A DNA stretch of 63,793 nucleotides, filler included, from Octopus bimaculoides (lineage: Eukaryota): the NCBI RefSeq assembly GCF_001194135.2. It is 7 parts of 7 records of this genome, joined end to end, with 100 filler letters (N's around TTAATTAATTAA, not from the genome) between each part and the next. Parts side by side here need not be neighbours in the genome. Positions count along the whole stretch, not along the records: positions 35,685 to 49,394 come from NC_069000.1; 6 more parts are not named here. One strand, written 5' to 3'. The notes under the pieces are model-generated. The model was not told the DNA's origin. It saw only the letters and a list, made by a program, of their open reading frames with translations, and did no database searches. The position numbers and the translations under genes were made by a program. The first letter of the stretch is position 1, and every line of letters starts with the position of its first letter. Of this stretch, positions 36,368 through 49,047 are shown in pieces.

Positions 36368-38691
36368 CGTGTTAAGCTGTCTCTCTACATCTTTCGGACT
36401 TACGCTCGACAGCTCGCTTGCAACTACATACCCACGTCCAAACAACTATGCTCACACACACAGAAGCTGTAACAACAAGAACTAAAGATGTATATATTTA
36501 CCACCTAAATAAAGTGTTGTTTAAGTTGATAGTCTGGAGTTCAGCGTCCCGTTATATTCATTAATTTTATATAGGAAAGTCAGGTATACATCTAATGATG
36601 TATAACCAACNNNNNNNNNNNNNNNNNNNNNNNNNNNNNNNNNNNNNNNNNNNNNNNNNNNNNNNNNNNNNNNNNNNNNNNNNNNNNNNNNNNNNNNNNN
36701 NNNNNNNNNNNNNNNNNNNNNNNNNNNNNNNNNNNNNNNNNNNNNNNNNNNNNNNNNNNNNNNNNNNNNNNNNNNNNNNNNNNNNNNNNNNNNNNNNNNN
36801 NNNNNNNNNNNNNNNNNNNNNNNNNNNNNNNNNNNNNNNNNNNNNNNNNNNNNNNNNNNNNNNNNNNNNNNNNNNNNNNNNNNNNNNNNNNNNNNNNNNN
36901 NNNNNNNNNNNNNNNNNNNNNNNNNNNNNNNNNNNNNNNNNNNNNNNNNNNNNNNNNNNNNNNNNNNNNNNNNNNNNNNNNNNNNNNNNNNNNNNNNNNN
37001 NNNNNNNNNNNNNNNNNNNNNNNNNNNNNNNNNNNNNNNNNNNNNNNNNNNNNNNNNNNNNNNNNNNNNNNNNNNNNNNNNNNNNNNNNNNNNNNNNNNN
37101 NNNNNNNNNNNNNNNNNNNNNNNNNNNNNNNNNNNNNNNNNNNNNNNNNNNNNNNNNNNNNNNNNNNNNNNNNNNNNNNNNNNNNNNNNNNNNNNNNNNN
37201 NNNNNNNNNNNNNNNNNNNNNNNNNNNNNNNNNNNNNNNNNNNNNNNNNNNNNNNNNNNNNNNNNNNNNNNNNNNNNNNNNNNNNNNNNNNNNNNNNNNN
37301 NNNNNNNNNNNNNNNNNNNNNNNNNNNNNNNNNNNNNNNNNNNNNNNNNNNNNNNNNNNNNNNNNNNNNNNNNNNNNNNNNNNNNNNNNNNNNNNNNNNN
37401 NNNNNNNNNNNNNNNNNNNNNNNNNNNNNNNNNNNNNNNNNNNNNNNNNNNNNNNNNNNNNNNNNNNNNNNNNNNNNNNNNNNNNNNNNNNNNNNNNNNN
37501 NNNNNNNNNNNNNNNNNNNNNNNNNNNNNNNNNNNNNNNNNNNNNNNNNNNNNNNNNNNNNNNNNNNNNTCGCTAATGGTCGTACAGAGATTTGTCTGTC
37601 GATCGTCTGTAAAAAAGCGCACCTCTTCAAACAACAATGAACGAACAGCTTTTTCACCACCAGCTTCGCTCAACCAAGATTACCACCGTGACGACAACAA
37701 TTACTACTACCAACTACAAGCATTCCCCCCGACGTCGCCAAGTTTCAACTGACCCATTACCACTGTCAACATCATTACCACCACACATACAGAACACAGC
37801 TATAGCAGTTCCTGCGCCGACATCTTCATCAATGTACTGTCTACCATAATGTCGTGCGCCAACAACCCCACCACCAGGGACACACCATATCAACACACTC
37901 GGTTTGTCGACTCTGTTAGAGTGGATGTTTCCACTCACGATCAACAGACAAAATTTTCCTTGTGTAACTTTCATAGAATATTCCGTACCAGGTAAACGGT
38001 CACAACTAGCATCTGATGCTCNNNNNNNNNNNNNNNNNNNNNNNNNNNNNNNNNNNNNNNNNNNNNNNNNNNNNNNNNNNNNNNNNNNNNNNNNNNNNNN
38101 NNNNNNNNNNNNNNNNNNNNNNNNNNNNNNNNNNNNNNNNNNNNNNNNNNNNNNNNNNNNNNNNNNNNNNNNNNNNNNNNNNNNNNNNNNGTACATTTCA
38201 TTTCTTTCATTTTTCTTTGTGTGTGTTTTGTGCTACATCTTGTGGGTGGTTTTTCAGTGGCCATCCTGCCTCAGGCGTTCCAACAGATTTCATTTATCGT
38301 GCGTTTCTCGCACTGGCAAGGGAGCCCTGTAGTAACGCCGTGCGCATGCGTGGTCTCACGCATGCGTGAAATTAAACAGCCAAGCGTTCCCGCTTTAATC
38401 TTCCTCTTTTACGGTCGGCCGACCATGAGCATGGACGTGTTAAGCTGTCTCTCTCCATCTTTCGAACTTACGCTAGACAGCTCGCTTGCAACTACATACC
38501 CACGTCCAAACAACTATGCTCACACACACAGAAGCTGTAACAACAAGAACTAAAGATGTATATATTTACCACCTAAATAAAGTGTTGTTTAAGTTGATAG
38601 GCTGGAGTTCAGCATACCGTTATATATTCTTTAATTTTATATAGGAAGGTCAGGTATACATCTAATGATGTATAACCAACTTTCCTATAAA
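36365..38691 (+). mobile_element. Gypsy element piece: truncated LTR-A, gap, integrase C-terminus, PPT, truncated LTR-A
   Basis: 36365-36610 and 38434-38691 are near-identical direct repeats; ANGRTE..SVDRL.KKAHL at 37571; purine tract ggcaagggagccc then LTR start TGTAGT at 38328. Confidence 0.85.
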
Positions 38692-40485
38692 GGTAAAGGT
38701 GACGCTTTAGATACAAATAATTACAGAGTTATCAAGTTGTTTGACCTGGTAATGAAGGTCACGAAGAGGGTCATAGCCAAATAATTAAGGAGAGAGTCAG
38801 CTTAGATGAGATGCAGTTTGGATTCGTGCCAGGGAAAAGCACCACTGATGCTATATTTCTGGTAAGACAGCTGCAGGAGAAATACCTAGCGAAATACAAA
38901 CCTCTGTACCTGTCTTTCATTGACACGGAGAAAGCCTTTGACAGGGTCCTCCGATCCCTTATCTGGTGGTCAATGAGGAAACTAGGGATAGAAGAAAGGT
39001 TAGTGAGAGTTGTGCGAGCCATGTACAGGGACGCTGTCAGTAAGGTGAGGGTTGGCAACAAGTACAGTGAAGAATTCCGGGTAGAGGTAGGGGTCCACCA
39101 AGGTTCAGTCCTCAGCCTCCTCCTATTTATCATAATCCTCCAAGCAATAACACAGGAATTCAAGACAAATTGCCCTTGGGAGCTCCTCTATGCTGATGAC
39201 TTTGCCCTAATTACTGAGTCACTATCATACTCTTGATCGCTTCCGCTACCCAGGTGACCAAGTCAGTAGCGGGGGAGGGTGCACTGAAAGTGTAGCCGCT
39301 AGAATAAGAATAGCCTGGGTAAAGTTCAGAGAGCTCTTACCTCTGCTGGTGACAAAGGGCCTCTCGCTTAGAGTAAAAGGCAGACTGTATGACGCATGTG
39401 TACGAACAGCCATGCTACATGGCAGTGAAGCATAGGCCGTGACTGCTGAGGACATGAGTTAGTTCGCAAGGAATGAAGCCAGTATGCTCCGATGGATGTG
39501 TAATGTCAGTGTGCATACTCAACAGAGTATAAGTACCTTGACAGAAAAGTTGGACCTAAGAAGCATCAGTTGTGGAGTGCAAGAGAGACGATTGCGCTGG
39601 TAAGGTCATTTGGCGAGAATGGATGAGGATAGCTGTGTGAAAAAGTGCCACAGCCTTGCAGTTGAGGGTACCTGCCGAAGAGGTAGACCCAGGAAGACCT
39701 TGGATGAGGTGGTGAATCACGACCTTTGAACATTTGGTCTCCCCGAGGCAATGACTTGTGATCGAGACCTTTGGAAATATTCTGTGCATGAGAAGACCTG
39801 GCAAGACAAGTGAGACCACAACCCATGGCCGGCCTTTACCAGGGGTGTAGCCAGCCCACTTATGCGTACCTTTCCTTCTTTGGACACAAAACCTTGCTTG
39901 TGAAGACCTGTTGAGGCAAGTGAAATCGAAATTGAAAATTGAACCAAATTCGTTGACTGGCACCCAAGCCAACCTTCCTTCATTGGACACTAATGTCAAC
40001 TTGCGAAGACCTGTTTGGACAAGTGAGATCGAAACAGAACCAAATTCGATGACTGGCACCCGTGCCAGTGGAGCGCTAACCGCACCATCTGAGCGGGATC
40101 ACTGCCAGAGCAGCGGTCTCGCTTCTGTGCCGGTGGCACGTAAAAAGCACCATTTGAGCACAATTGTTTCCAGCTTCGCCTTACTGGCTCTCATGCCGGT
40201 GGCATGTGAACAAAACATTGGACTGACTCCTGTGCAGGTGGCATGTAAAAAAACCACTATTTGAGCGTGGCCATTGCCAGTACCGCCAGAGTGGCCCTCG
40301 TGCCAGTTGCACGTAAAAAGCACCCACTACACTCTCGGAGTGGTTGGTGGTAGGAAGGGCATCCAGCTGTAGAAACTCTGCCAGATCAGATTGGAGTCTG
40401 GTGTGGCCATCTGGTTCGCCAGTCCCCAGTCAAATCGTCCAACCCATGCTAGCATGGAAATCGGACGTTAAATGATGATGATGAT
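38689..40485 (+). mobile_element. RTE LINE: RT domain, long 3' UTR and (GAT)n tail
   Basis: MQFGFVPGKSTTDAIFLVRQLQEKY, FIDTEKAFDRV, GVHQGSVLSLLLF, LLYADD; C-terminal RRGRPRKT; UTR ends catgctagcatggaaatcggacgttaaatgatgatgat. Has stops and frameshifts. Confidence 0.96.
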
Positions 40486-40969
40486 ACATAGAACATATGA
40501 AACAGACCCAGACACACACACAAGAAATTTCGTGGATGGCCATATCAACATTAGTCACATAATTAATAGCAGCAACAACAACTACCACGATGGCAACACC
40601 ATGAGCACAGAGGAATACAGAAACTGTACCATATTTTTCTTTTTTGGGTCTTAGGACAGCAGCAGCACAATGGGGTGAGAGGATGGGGCTGAGGAGAATG
40701 CCACACTGCTGCTAGAAACTATTACACACACACACAACCATACATACACATGCGCACACACACACAAACACATGCACACATAAGGATATACATTTTAGAA
40801 CAGAATGGAGTAAGTGGAGCAAGAACACACATGAAAATGAAATGTGTCACTGAAGAGATCACAGATGTGTGATGAAAAAATTTCCAGACAGTGGACATGA
40901 ATTAGAATAATAAAATAGGAACAGTAATAAGCGAGTGAAGAAAAAATATATAGTGTGTGTGTTTATTTG

Positions 40970-41009
<40 letters not shown>

Positions 41010-41689
41010 ACCATTCAGAAATGCAACAATATATAATATATACATGGTTTGTTATTAAATAAATATTTACTAGTTGTTACTATGCGAATTAATATGTTAA
41101 TATTTATACTGTGAGTATTTTATGCTTAAAATATTTTTTCTGAAGTCGTAGTCTACAAAAAGTGTGTATGTATGCATTGTAAAAACTAACACTTCCTTTT
41201 TCCGAGCTGAGATTCGAAACCGAATCTTAAGATTCTCACTCGTCTAATCCACCACTGCCCAAACAAGCATGAAAGAAGTTTGTTTGTTCTGTCAAAAAAT
41301 GATGGCAGGATTTCCCTGCGACCTCTGACCTGAACTGTGTCATTTAAGGTTCAAGTGGATAAGAGGTAACCTACATTGGTAGAAATTACTCCTGTGGTAT
41401 GTCTGTCCTTCTAGCTGGGATGACCATGATAAATGCAGTCAGACACATGATGGAGGGGATAGACAGCCATCAACAGGCAAACGGTCAAGAGACAAGCAGA
41501 CAGCCAGCAGTTAACTTGCGCCAGTCCAGCAGCCAACGCAGAACATAAACAGACACGAACGAATGACCAACGCACACACAGACACAAACATGCTCAGTTC
41601 TACCTCATCACATCAACACAGTATTTCCCCTGTTTATTTTCTACTTTGCAGGGATATCACTGTGATGGGTTGTTGTTGTTGCAGATTTT

Positions 41690-42812
41690 CTGGTGTGTAC
41701 AACACGTAAATGCAAGTGTCGATTAAATAAATTATTTATACCAGCGTGGAAGTCAGTACAATCCTTGTTTCCTGCACACCAGGCAAAAGAAAAGAGACAC
41801 CAGTTTGTCTTCAAGCAGTCTACCAGTCAACCTATATGTTAAACAATCCCTAACACTGGACTTAAGACTATGCCACACCTTCCAGTAGGTATTCATCATC
41901 GCTAAACTGCCAACCCCTATCTTAGGGGCCGATTTCCTTCACTATTTCAGTCTCCTGGTAGATATTAAGCACAGAAGACTTGTTGACAGCACCACTCACC
42001 TCAAAGTGCATAGTATAACTGCTTGTATGGCCACAGTCAGCCCCAGCTATCTTGCAAACAACAACAACAACCCATCACAGTGATATCCTTAAAAAATACC
42101 TGGACATTGCTCGACCAGTATTTCATAGTCAGCCTATCAAACATGAAGTCACCCACCACATCAAAACCTGCATGATGAATACCTACTGTTGCAGCACAAC
42201 CCCGAAGGTTACCACCAGATCGTCTCAAGGCCATCAAGCGAAAATTCCAGCACATGTTTGACCTCAGAATTATCCGCCTGTCCAACAGCAACTGGTCCTC
42301 ACCAATACACTGCATTCCTAAGAAGACATCAACTGATTGGCGAGTTTGCGGTGATTACTGATCACTAAATAACTGTACTATACCTGATGCATATCCTGTC
42401 CCTCATCTACAGGACTTTTCTAGCTTGCATCTTTTCAAAGATGAACCTTGTGTAAGCTTATAGTCAAATCCCTGCAGAACCTGCAGATATTCCGAAGACC
42501 AGAATGTTTGAATTCCTGCATACGCCTTTTGGTTTATGCAATGCAGCACAGACATTCCAACATTTCATAGACACAGTTACTAGAGGTTTTCTTTTCGTCT
42601 ATGCATACATACACAATGTACTCATGGCCAGTAGCTCAGACAAAGAGCATATTAACACCTGCATGAATATGGTATTGTTATCAACTCCAGTAAGTGTTCG
42701 TTCAGAGTTGTGTCCCTTCATTTTCTCAGGCACATTGTCGATAAGGATGGCATTCGCCCACTTCCCGAGAAAGTCAAAGCTATTGTGGATTTTCCACCAC
42801 CCACATAGACAC
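41690..42812 (+). mobile_element. Gypsy pol pseudogene fragment (protease + RT)
   Basis: SLTLDLRL..FIIAKLPTPILGADFLHYFSLLVD (protease C-term); SNWSSPIHCIPKK..DWRVCGDY*SLN..PDAYPVP; PFGLCNAAQTFQHFID..YAYIHNVL (decayed YxDD). Confidence 0.93.
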
Positions 42813-43034
42813 TNNNNNNNNNNTATAGCAGTACATACGTTTCGTACAAGCTCCATTTATTCATGTAGTGAGAACACTACAGAAAATACAATGAAAATGT
42901 ACTCCTCAGCTGCATAAAGGAATTTCATTTTAGAAAGTCATTTTGAAGATGTTTGCATCTATTATGTGTCCAAGGCTTACAGTGTGTACATCTTATGGAG
43001 TTTCTACCTACACCTTTTTTACAGTTCTACAGAT

Positions 43035-45110
43035 CGAGCAGGGCCATCTACCTGATTTAGCTAGGTTAACTCTAAGGCTCTTTGATTCTAGACCTTGCTT
43101 CCACACCTGAAACTTCTCCTCTAGTTCTGATAGTGACTCAGCTACTAGAGCAAGGTCATCAGTATAGAGGAACTTCCAGGTGCAGCCTGTCTTGAATTCT
43201 TCTGTTATTGCCTGAAGGACTATGATGAATAAGAGGGGGCTGAGGACTGATCCTTGGTGGACTCTTATTTGGAATTCTTCACTGTACTCATTTGCCAACC
43301 CTCACCTTACTGACAGCATCCCTGTACATGGCTTGTACAGCTTTCACTAACCACTCACCTATCCCTAGATTCCGCATTGACAACCATATAAAGGATCGGG
43401 GCACCCTGTCAAAAGCTTTCTCCATGTCAACGAAAGACAGGTACAACTGTTTATTTTTGGCCAGGTATTTCTCCTGCAGATGTCTTACCAGAAATATAGC
43501 TTTTCCTCGCATGAACCCAAACTGCATCTCATCTAAACTGACTCTCTCCCTAATTAGTTGGGCTATGACCCTCTCCGTGACCTTCATTACCTGATCAAAC
43601 AACTTGATACCTCTGTAATTATTTGTATCTAAAGCATCACCATTATCTTTGTAGCAGTTGACTATGGTGCTGCTACACCAGTCATTGGGTATGACTTCTT
43701 CATGTATTACCTGATTGACTATACGGGTGACTAGACTATAGCTGACACCACCAGATATTTTGAGCATCTCTGCAGTGATTCCTGATGGGCCTGGGGCTTT
43801 CCTTGTCTTCATACCCTTAATTGCTTTACCTACCAAGGTACTGTCATCTCTCTCACACACTGTCTTTGCAATATGAAACACTTCAAGTCTTTGGTCCTCA
43901 TGACGTAGAACATTGGCAAATTTTTTTTTTATCTGCTTCCCCTCTGGCTAAGTAAACCGGTCTCCGAGCTTCCCTTCTGTCATTCTGAAACAATTCCCTG
44001 CTACCTCCGTTCTTCCATGCCTGTTTCTTTTTCTTGATGTCCCTGTCAACTACATTGTTCCACCACCAAGTTACCTTGGGTTGAGAGGAGACTTTGCATC
44101 ATCCACAGATCTGGTTAGTGGCCCTCAACAGGTTGTCCCGTAGAAACCCCCAGTTGTCTTCCACATAATGTGATGCTATATCGCCCTCTATTTTGTCAAA
44201 AGCTTTGAGTACTACGTATTTAAGTCTCTGTCCATTAGCAGGATCCTTAAGCTTCTAGACCCTTCTTCTCCATGCTGGTCATCTTCTGGACATCCATTTA
44301 GCCCTGATTCTGAAGTTACTAACTACTTATCTATGTTGGGGGGTGCATTCTTCACCTGGGAAGGTTTTGGCATTTATGAGTAGTCATCTTTCCCATTTCC
44401 TGGTGAGCATGTAATTAATTTGACTATTGTGTCAACCAGATCGGTAGGTGAATAGGTGACTGGCAGGNNNNNNNNNNTAATTAATTTGACTATTGTGTCA
44501 ACCAGATCGGTAGGTGAATAGGTGACTGGCAGGTTTCCTGAAGTTAGTATTACAAACTATAAGATCATTTGCATCACAGAGCTCCAGCAGCCTGGTTCCC
44601 TCCTCATTGCAGGAACCAAAACCATAGCCTCCATGTACGCCATAGAAGCCCCCTGTATGTTATCCAACATGCCCATTGAAGTTGCCAGCCACAAAGAGAA
44701 GGTCTCTGTTATTCATCGATGAGGTAGTCTGCAAGAGGGTATTATAAAATCGATCTTTCTGTTCATCAGGTAGCTCTGGCTGAAGAGCATAAGCCAAGAT
44801 AATGGTTGCTAACCCATGTTGCAGCACTAATCTAATCTTAAGTATTCTATCACAGACTCTGACTGCCTCGATTGCCTTATCAACCCATTTCTCTGCAAGA
44901 AGTATATCCATGCCCCCCCCCCGACCCCGTTAGTGTTCCCTGCCCAGAAAATCTTATACTTATGTTCTTTGCCTGTGAGGAACCTAACAGAACTTCCTCT
45001 CTGCCTTACTTCTTGGATGCAGCACAAATCTACATGTCTCCATTCAAGCATCTCAACAATCTCACCTGACCTACCTTTCAGTGTGCCAACTCTGAGGTTG
45101 CTTATCTGAA
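43035..45110 (-). mobile_element. RTE LINE (endonuclease + RT), broken ORF with internal deletions
   Basis: VDLCCIQEV, FVAGNFNGHVG (APE); KAPGPSGITAEMLK, NYRGIKL, QFGFM, FVDMEKAFDRVP, HQGSVLSPLLF, LYTDD (RT). Confidence 0.95.
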
Positions 45111-45169
45111 CATCTGGTTTCTACTCCGTGTGGTGAGGTGTGTGTGTGTGTGTGTATATGTACACACAC

Positions 45170-45295
45170 ACACACATGAGGGTTGGTGATAGGAAGGGCA
45201 TCCAGCCATAGAAAATAGTTCTTGATAAACTTTGTGTGACCCATGCAAACATGGAAATGTGGCTGTTAAAAATAGGATGATGATGATGAATATTA
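45170..45295 (+). mobile_element. RTE-type 3' tail fragment
   Basis: ggttggtgataggaagggcatccagccatagaaa..acccatgcaaacatggaaatgtggctgttaaa..gatgatgatg matches the RTE tail at 40350-40485; another diverged copy at ~46000-46160. Confidence 0.75.
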
Positions 45296-46420
45296 TGAAG
45301 TGTGTCTATCCTTCCATCTGATCCTTGTTTTTGAGGAAACATTTTCCTGTATCTTTATTTACTCAACCTTCTATCCTCTGGCCTCTTGCATACTTTCTGT
45401 AGAAATATTTCAGTTTATCTTTTCCTATTACAAGATGTGTATTTGCCATGAAATTAATTTCACCAATAATATGAACCCAATAACAAACATATCTCTCATG
45501 AACTGTAACTCTTCTGATTTTGTCCATTCTTTAACCATTTTAAAAGAATCAATATCAACAGTTTCAATAGTTAAGTGGTTTTTACTGATGATAAAAACCC
45601 TTCTATAACAATATATCCCCACATTGGTCATGGTTTGTGTCAGTTTGTTGACATGTTTCATCATTTATGTGTATGACCTTGCACACAATCTGTCCTTGAA
45701 TCTGCTGGACAAATCATTGTTCAAAACATGTTCACCACTTACTGCATTCTCTTCCTCTCTATCAACCATTGTTTTCACACTCTCATGAACTTAGCTACCC
45801 ACTTATCCTGTCCAATCCTCTGTACTACTTCACCTTTCTGTAACTTGGGCATATACCCTGACACATCTTCAACAGCTTATTTTCTCTCTCTCTCTTCTTT
45901 CTCTTTTCCAAGTAACCATGCATCTTCTCAGCAGCAACACACCTCTCATCACCTAGCAAAAAGTCACATCCTTCCATACCACACTCCACTCAGTTGAGGG
46001 GGTCTTGTTTTGCAAGTTATTTGGTGACTTCTGATGCTGATGTCATGTAAAAAAGCACCCAGTACTCTCTGTAAAGTGGTTAGTGTTAGGAAGGGCATCC
46101 AGCTGTAAACAGAGCATGGTGCAGTCCTCTGACTCACTAACTCCTGTCAACCTGTCCAACGGACATTAATCACAGCCAAGGCAGGCAGATGTGTTTATCA
46201 TAGCTCCTGCCAGTGGGTAGTCAAGGAACAGAAAATGAAACAGAATTCAACTCAACCCAATTATTCAATAGAAATGCCTTCGAAACCTATGCTTTGTAAT
46301 CATAAGAAGATAAAGTAGTCTCTATGAAGATTTAAATAATGCTATATACAATAAAACAAATGCAAATTGGTAGTGCCTGCAAAAACTTCATCATTGCTTC
46401 CAAAACTCTATGATAGGTAT

Positions 46421-46842
46421 TGTAAATGTTTGATAGTTGTCAAAGAGACTAACGTCTCTCTCTATCACCATTCAACAACATTATAAATGAAGAGACATTA
46501 GAACAATTAACAAAATAATAAAAAGGTTTTATTTATGATGATGCTTGGTTTTACAGTTCCTGTCATTCAGCTTAGCAGCCGCTGATTTAGTTGTAGTTGG
46601 TATTGGAAGGTTAAGGTCTTCCTTGATGCCTGCCAGAGAACAGTGTAAAAGTGCTTCGTGGAGGAGCGAGGTGTTGTCACGTAGAAGGTCTCAGGCTCAA
46701 CTCGCTTAACAAAGTGAAACTCTCTCTTTAAGTACGAGTTTTACTAAGCTTGCGCAACTCAAGGGGCTTCCAGTGGTGAAGTCCCCTGCGCATGCGCAGA
46801 ATAGTACTTCCTCAGTGGCGGCTATAATTTCGCGCCACTACA
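46421..46842 (-). mobile_element. Gypsy 3' LTR (type B), 422 bp, TG..CA termini
   Basis: Minus strand starts TGTAGTGGCG right after the PPT and ends ..aacatttACA; AATAAA near 46530. Confidence 0.85.
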
Positions 46843-46844
46843 AT

Positions 46845-46857
46845 GGCTCCCCCCCCC
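46845..46857 (-). other. Polypurine tract
   Basis: Minus strand GGGGGGGGGAGCC, 2 nt before the LTR TG. Confidence 0.85.
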
Positions 46858-47176
46858 AAATGCGTAGCACGAATAAGGAAAGGATTGTAGTAGGCGCCTG
46901 AAACAAGATGCAGCTGTAGATATACAATGAAAAAGAAACAATTCGTTAATACAGAGAATGAAAAATAATATTCCAGCGGCACAGGTCAAGTTCAGCTTGG
47001 TAAATGTTGGCTGTAAAAATTTTTTTTTTCTGCTTACGTCACTGGAGCTCCTTTATTACTTGTGATTGATGCAGTGGCGCAAAAAATGTCTGAGTGTTCA
47101 GCACTAATAGGGAAAAACACAGTTTGAGCCTTTTTTACAAAAGAAATGCTGAAAAATGCAATAATATACAATACAG

Positions 47177-48465
47177 TCAAATATAAATTGTCTTGGAGAG
47201 TTTCTTCGGCCAGTGCATTGTACGGCCAGACCTAGTGACATAGGGTTCACTTGTGGTAGTTCTCAACAATGAAGGTGGAGTTTTCACAGGTGTATGTGTT
47301 GGTGATGGTAATGATAAAGGTGTATGCGTTGGTGATGGTGTTGACAAAGGTGTATGCAAAGGTTGAAAAGGGGGTATGTCAGTATTGTCAACGGAAGATG
47401 TAGTTTTATCAAAATACGCTTTCTTCAGACGGTCAACAGACACGGTCTCCGTACAACCATTAGCGTCTATTTTGAAAAATTTGGGTGTGCGAGAGAGCAC
47501 ACGAAAGGGTCCTTTATAAGGAGAAACAAGGGGTCCTCTGACAGAATCATCCCTAACAAACACATGTGTCCAAGAATCAATGTCTGATGGCAGTCTAGAA
47601 GGTGGAGATTGTTGCCGGGGACTCATAGTAGGAAGGTTAGAAAAATAATCTCGTAATCGAGTGACATAGGACGCTAGATTTGGAGGCTGTAATTTGTCTG
47701 GTATCAACATCGTACCAGGCAATGCCAGTGTGGTACCATACAATAATTCTGCTGCAGAAAAACCAAGGTCTGCTTTAACCGCAGTCCGGTATCCAAGTAG
47801 GACAACAGGAAGAAATTCAGTCCATGACTGCGGATTGGGCGAGGCGCGCAATGCGGCCTTTAGTTGCCTATGAAAACGCTCCACCATCCCATTAGAAGCG
47901 GGATGGTAGCTGGTGGTGCGTATATGATGCTTCAAATTGTTGACCATGATCCGTATTCTGGCCAGCGGGAGAAACGATCAACACAGGTTAAGAGAAATAT
48001 GAGAACCCGCGACTCACAGGCCATGGTCCTACCAAATCAAGGCGAACATAGTAAAAACGGGCATGCCCAAGTGGTAATTGATCGCCGCATGTTGGGCCAG
48101 AAAAACTGAGCAGTGACAAGTTTTACTGTTGCAGAGATGCCCGGATGTGACAAGGAATGAAGGGCATCAAAAACAGAACGTTGATGGTTCTCAGGTACTA
48201 AAGGCCTAGGAGAACCGGTGGATGTGTCACACAATATAGAGCCTTCTGATGAAGGGAGTGGAAGATAGGCAAATTTACAGTTGTTGAATTTTGGCGAAGT
48301 TAAATCTAACGCCGACAAAAGAGGTTGGTCCTGCGAAATAGCAAGTAAATCAATTGTTGCAGGAGACGAAATAGAACTGACAGGGAGTCTCGAGAGAGCA
48401 TCAGCAGGGATGTTCTGCTTCCCTGGCAAATGACTGTGAAATATAGTCCAGGTGATGGAAATCAC
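47177..48465 (-). pseudogene. Gypsy pol 3' end (RNase H tail + integrase), with deletions
   Basis: HLPGKQNIPADALSR; HSLSHPG..LV..FFWPNM (zinc-binding); LDLVGP, TDHGQQFE, TTSYHPASNGMVERFHRQLK (D,D,E); PYKGPFRVL..VSVDRLKKA (GPY/F). Confidence 0.95.
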
Positions 48466-49036
48466 GAGAGTTTGTCTGTTTTAGAAGACAGTGTGCACAT
48501 TATATGCGCGGAGTCGCTGAAAAGTTGCGACAAATGGTGGAATCTGGTGATAAGCGCGAACCAGATCAATTTTGGAAAAGATAGTGCAACCGTGTGTGCA
48601 TAGGAGAGAGAGAGAGAGAAAAAAAAATTCGTAAAACAAAAAAACAATGGTGTTTGCTTTTGTTTTTTTTTCTGTTTGTGTGAGTGTGTGTTATTTGTAC
48701 TGCGTGCAGGGAAAAAAAATAGTTTACCGACCTTCTCGTATATATATTTTTTTATTTTTCAAGAGAGATATAAGCAGGACAGAACAGAGAAATTGAATGC
48801 GTGTGTATTCGTCGTATACAGTTGTCCTGTTGAGGTTATGTAGTCCAATTCAATTGACACCATGCGGATTCGTAGCGATTGCTTATTCTTTCTTCGTCTC
48901 TTTACGCGAGTGACAGAAAATGGAGATATTTTTTTTTCTTCGAAAGGCAGGCGTTGTCATCATGACAATTTTTTTTCTTTTTCGTCGTCTCTTCATTTTT
49001 GACGAGTTGCATGAGAGTAATTCCGTGTTCGTACTA

Positions 49037-49046
49037 GGGGTCACCA
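49037..49046 (-). other. Primer-binding site, tRNA-Trp type
   Basis: Minus strand LTR end ..ttttaCA, c, then TGGTGACCCC, the first 10 nt of the known tRNA-Trp PBS (TGGTGACCCCGACG) used by avian retroviruses. Confidence 0.8.
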
Positions 49047-49047
49047 G

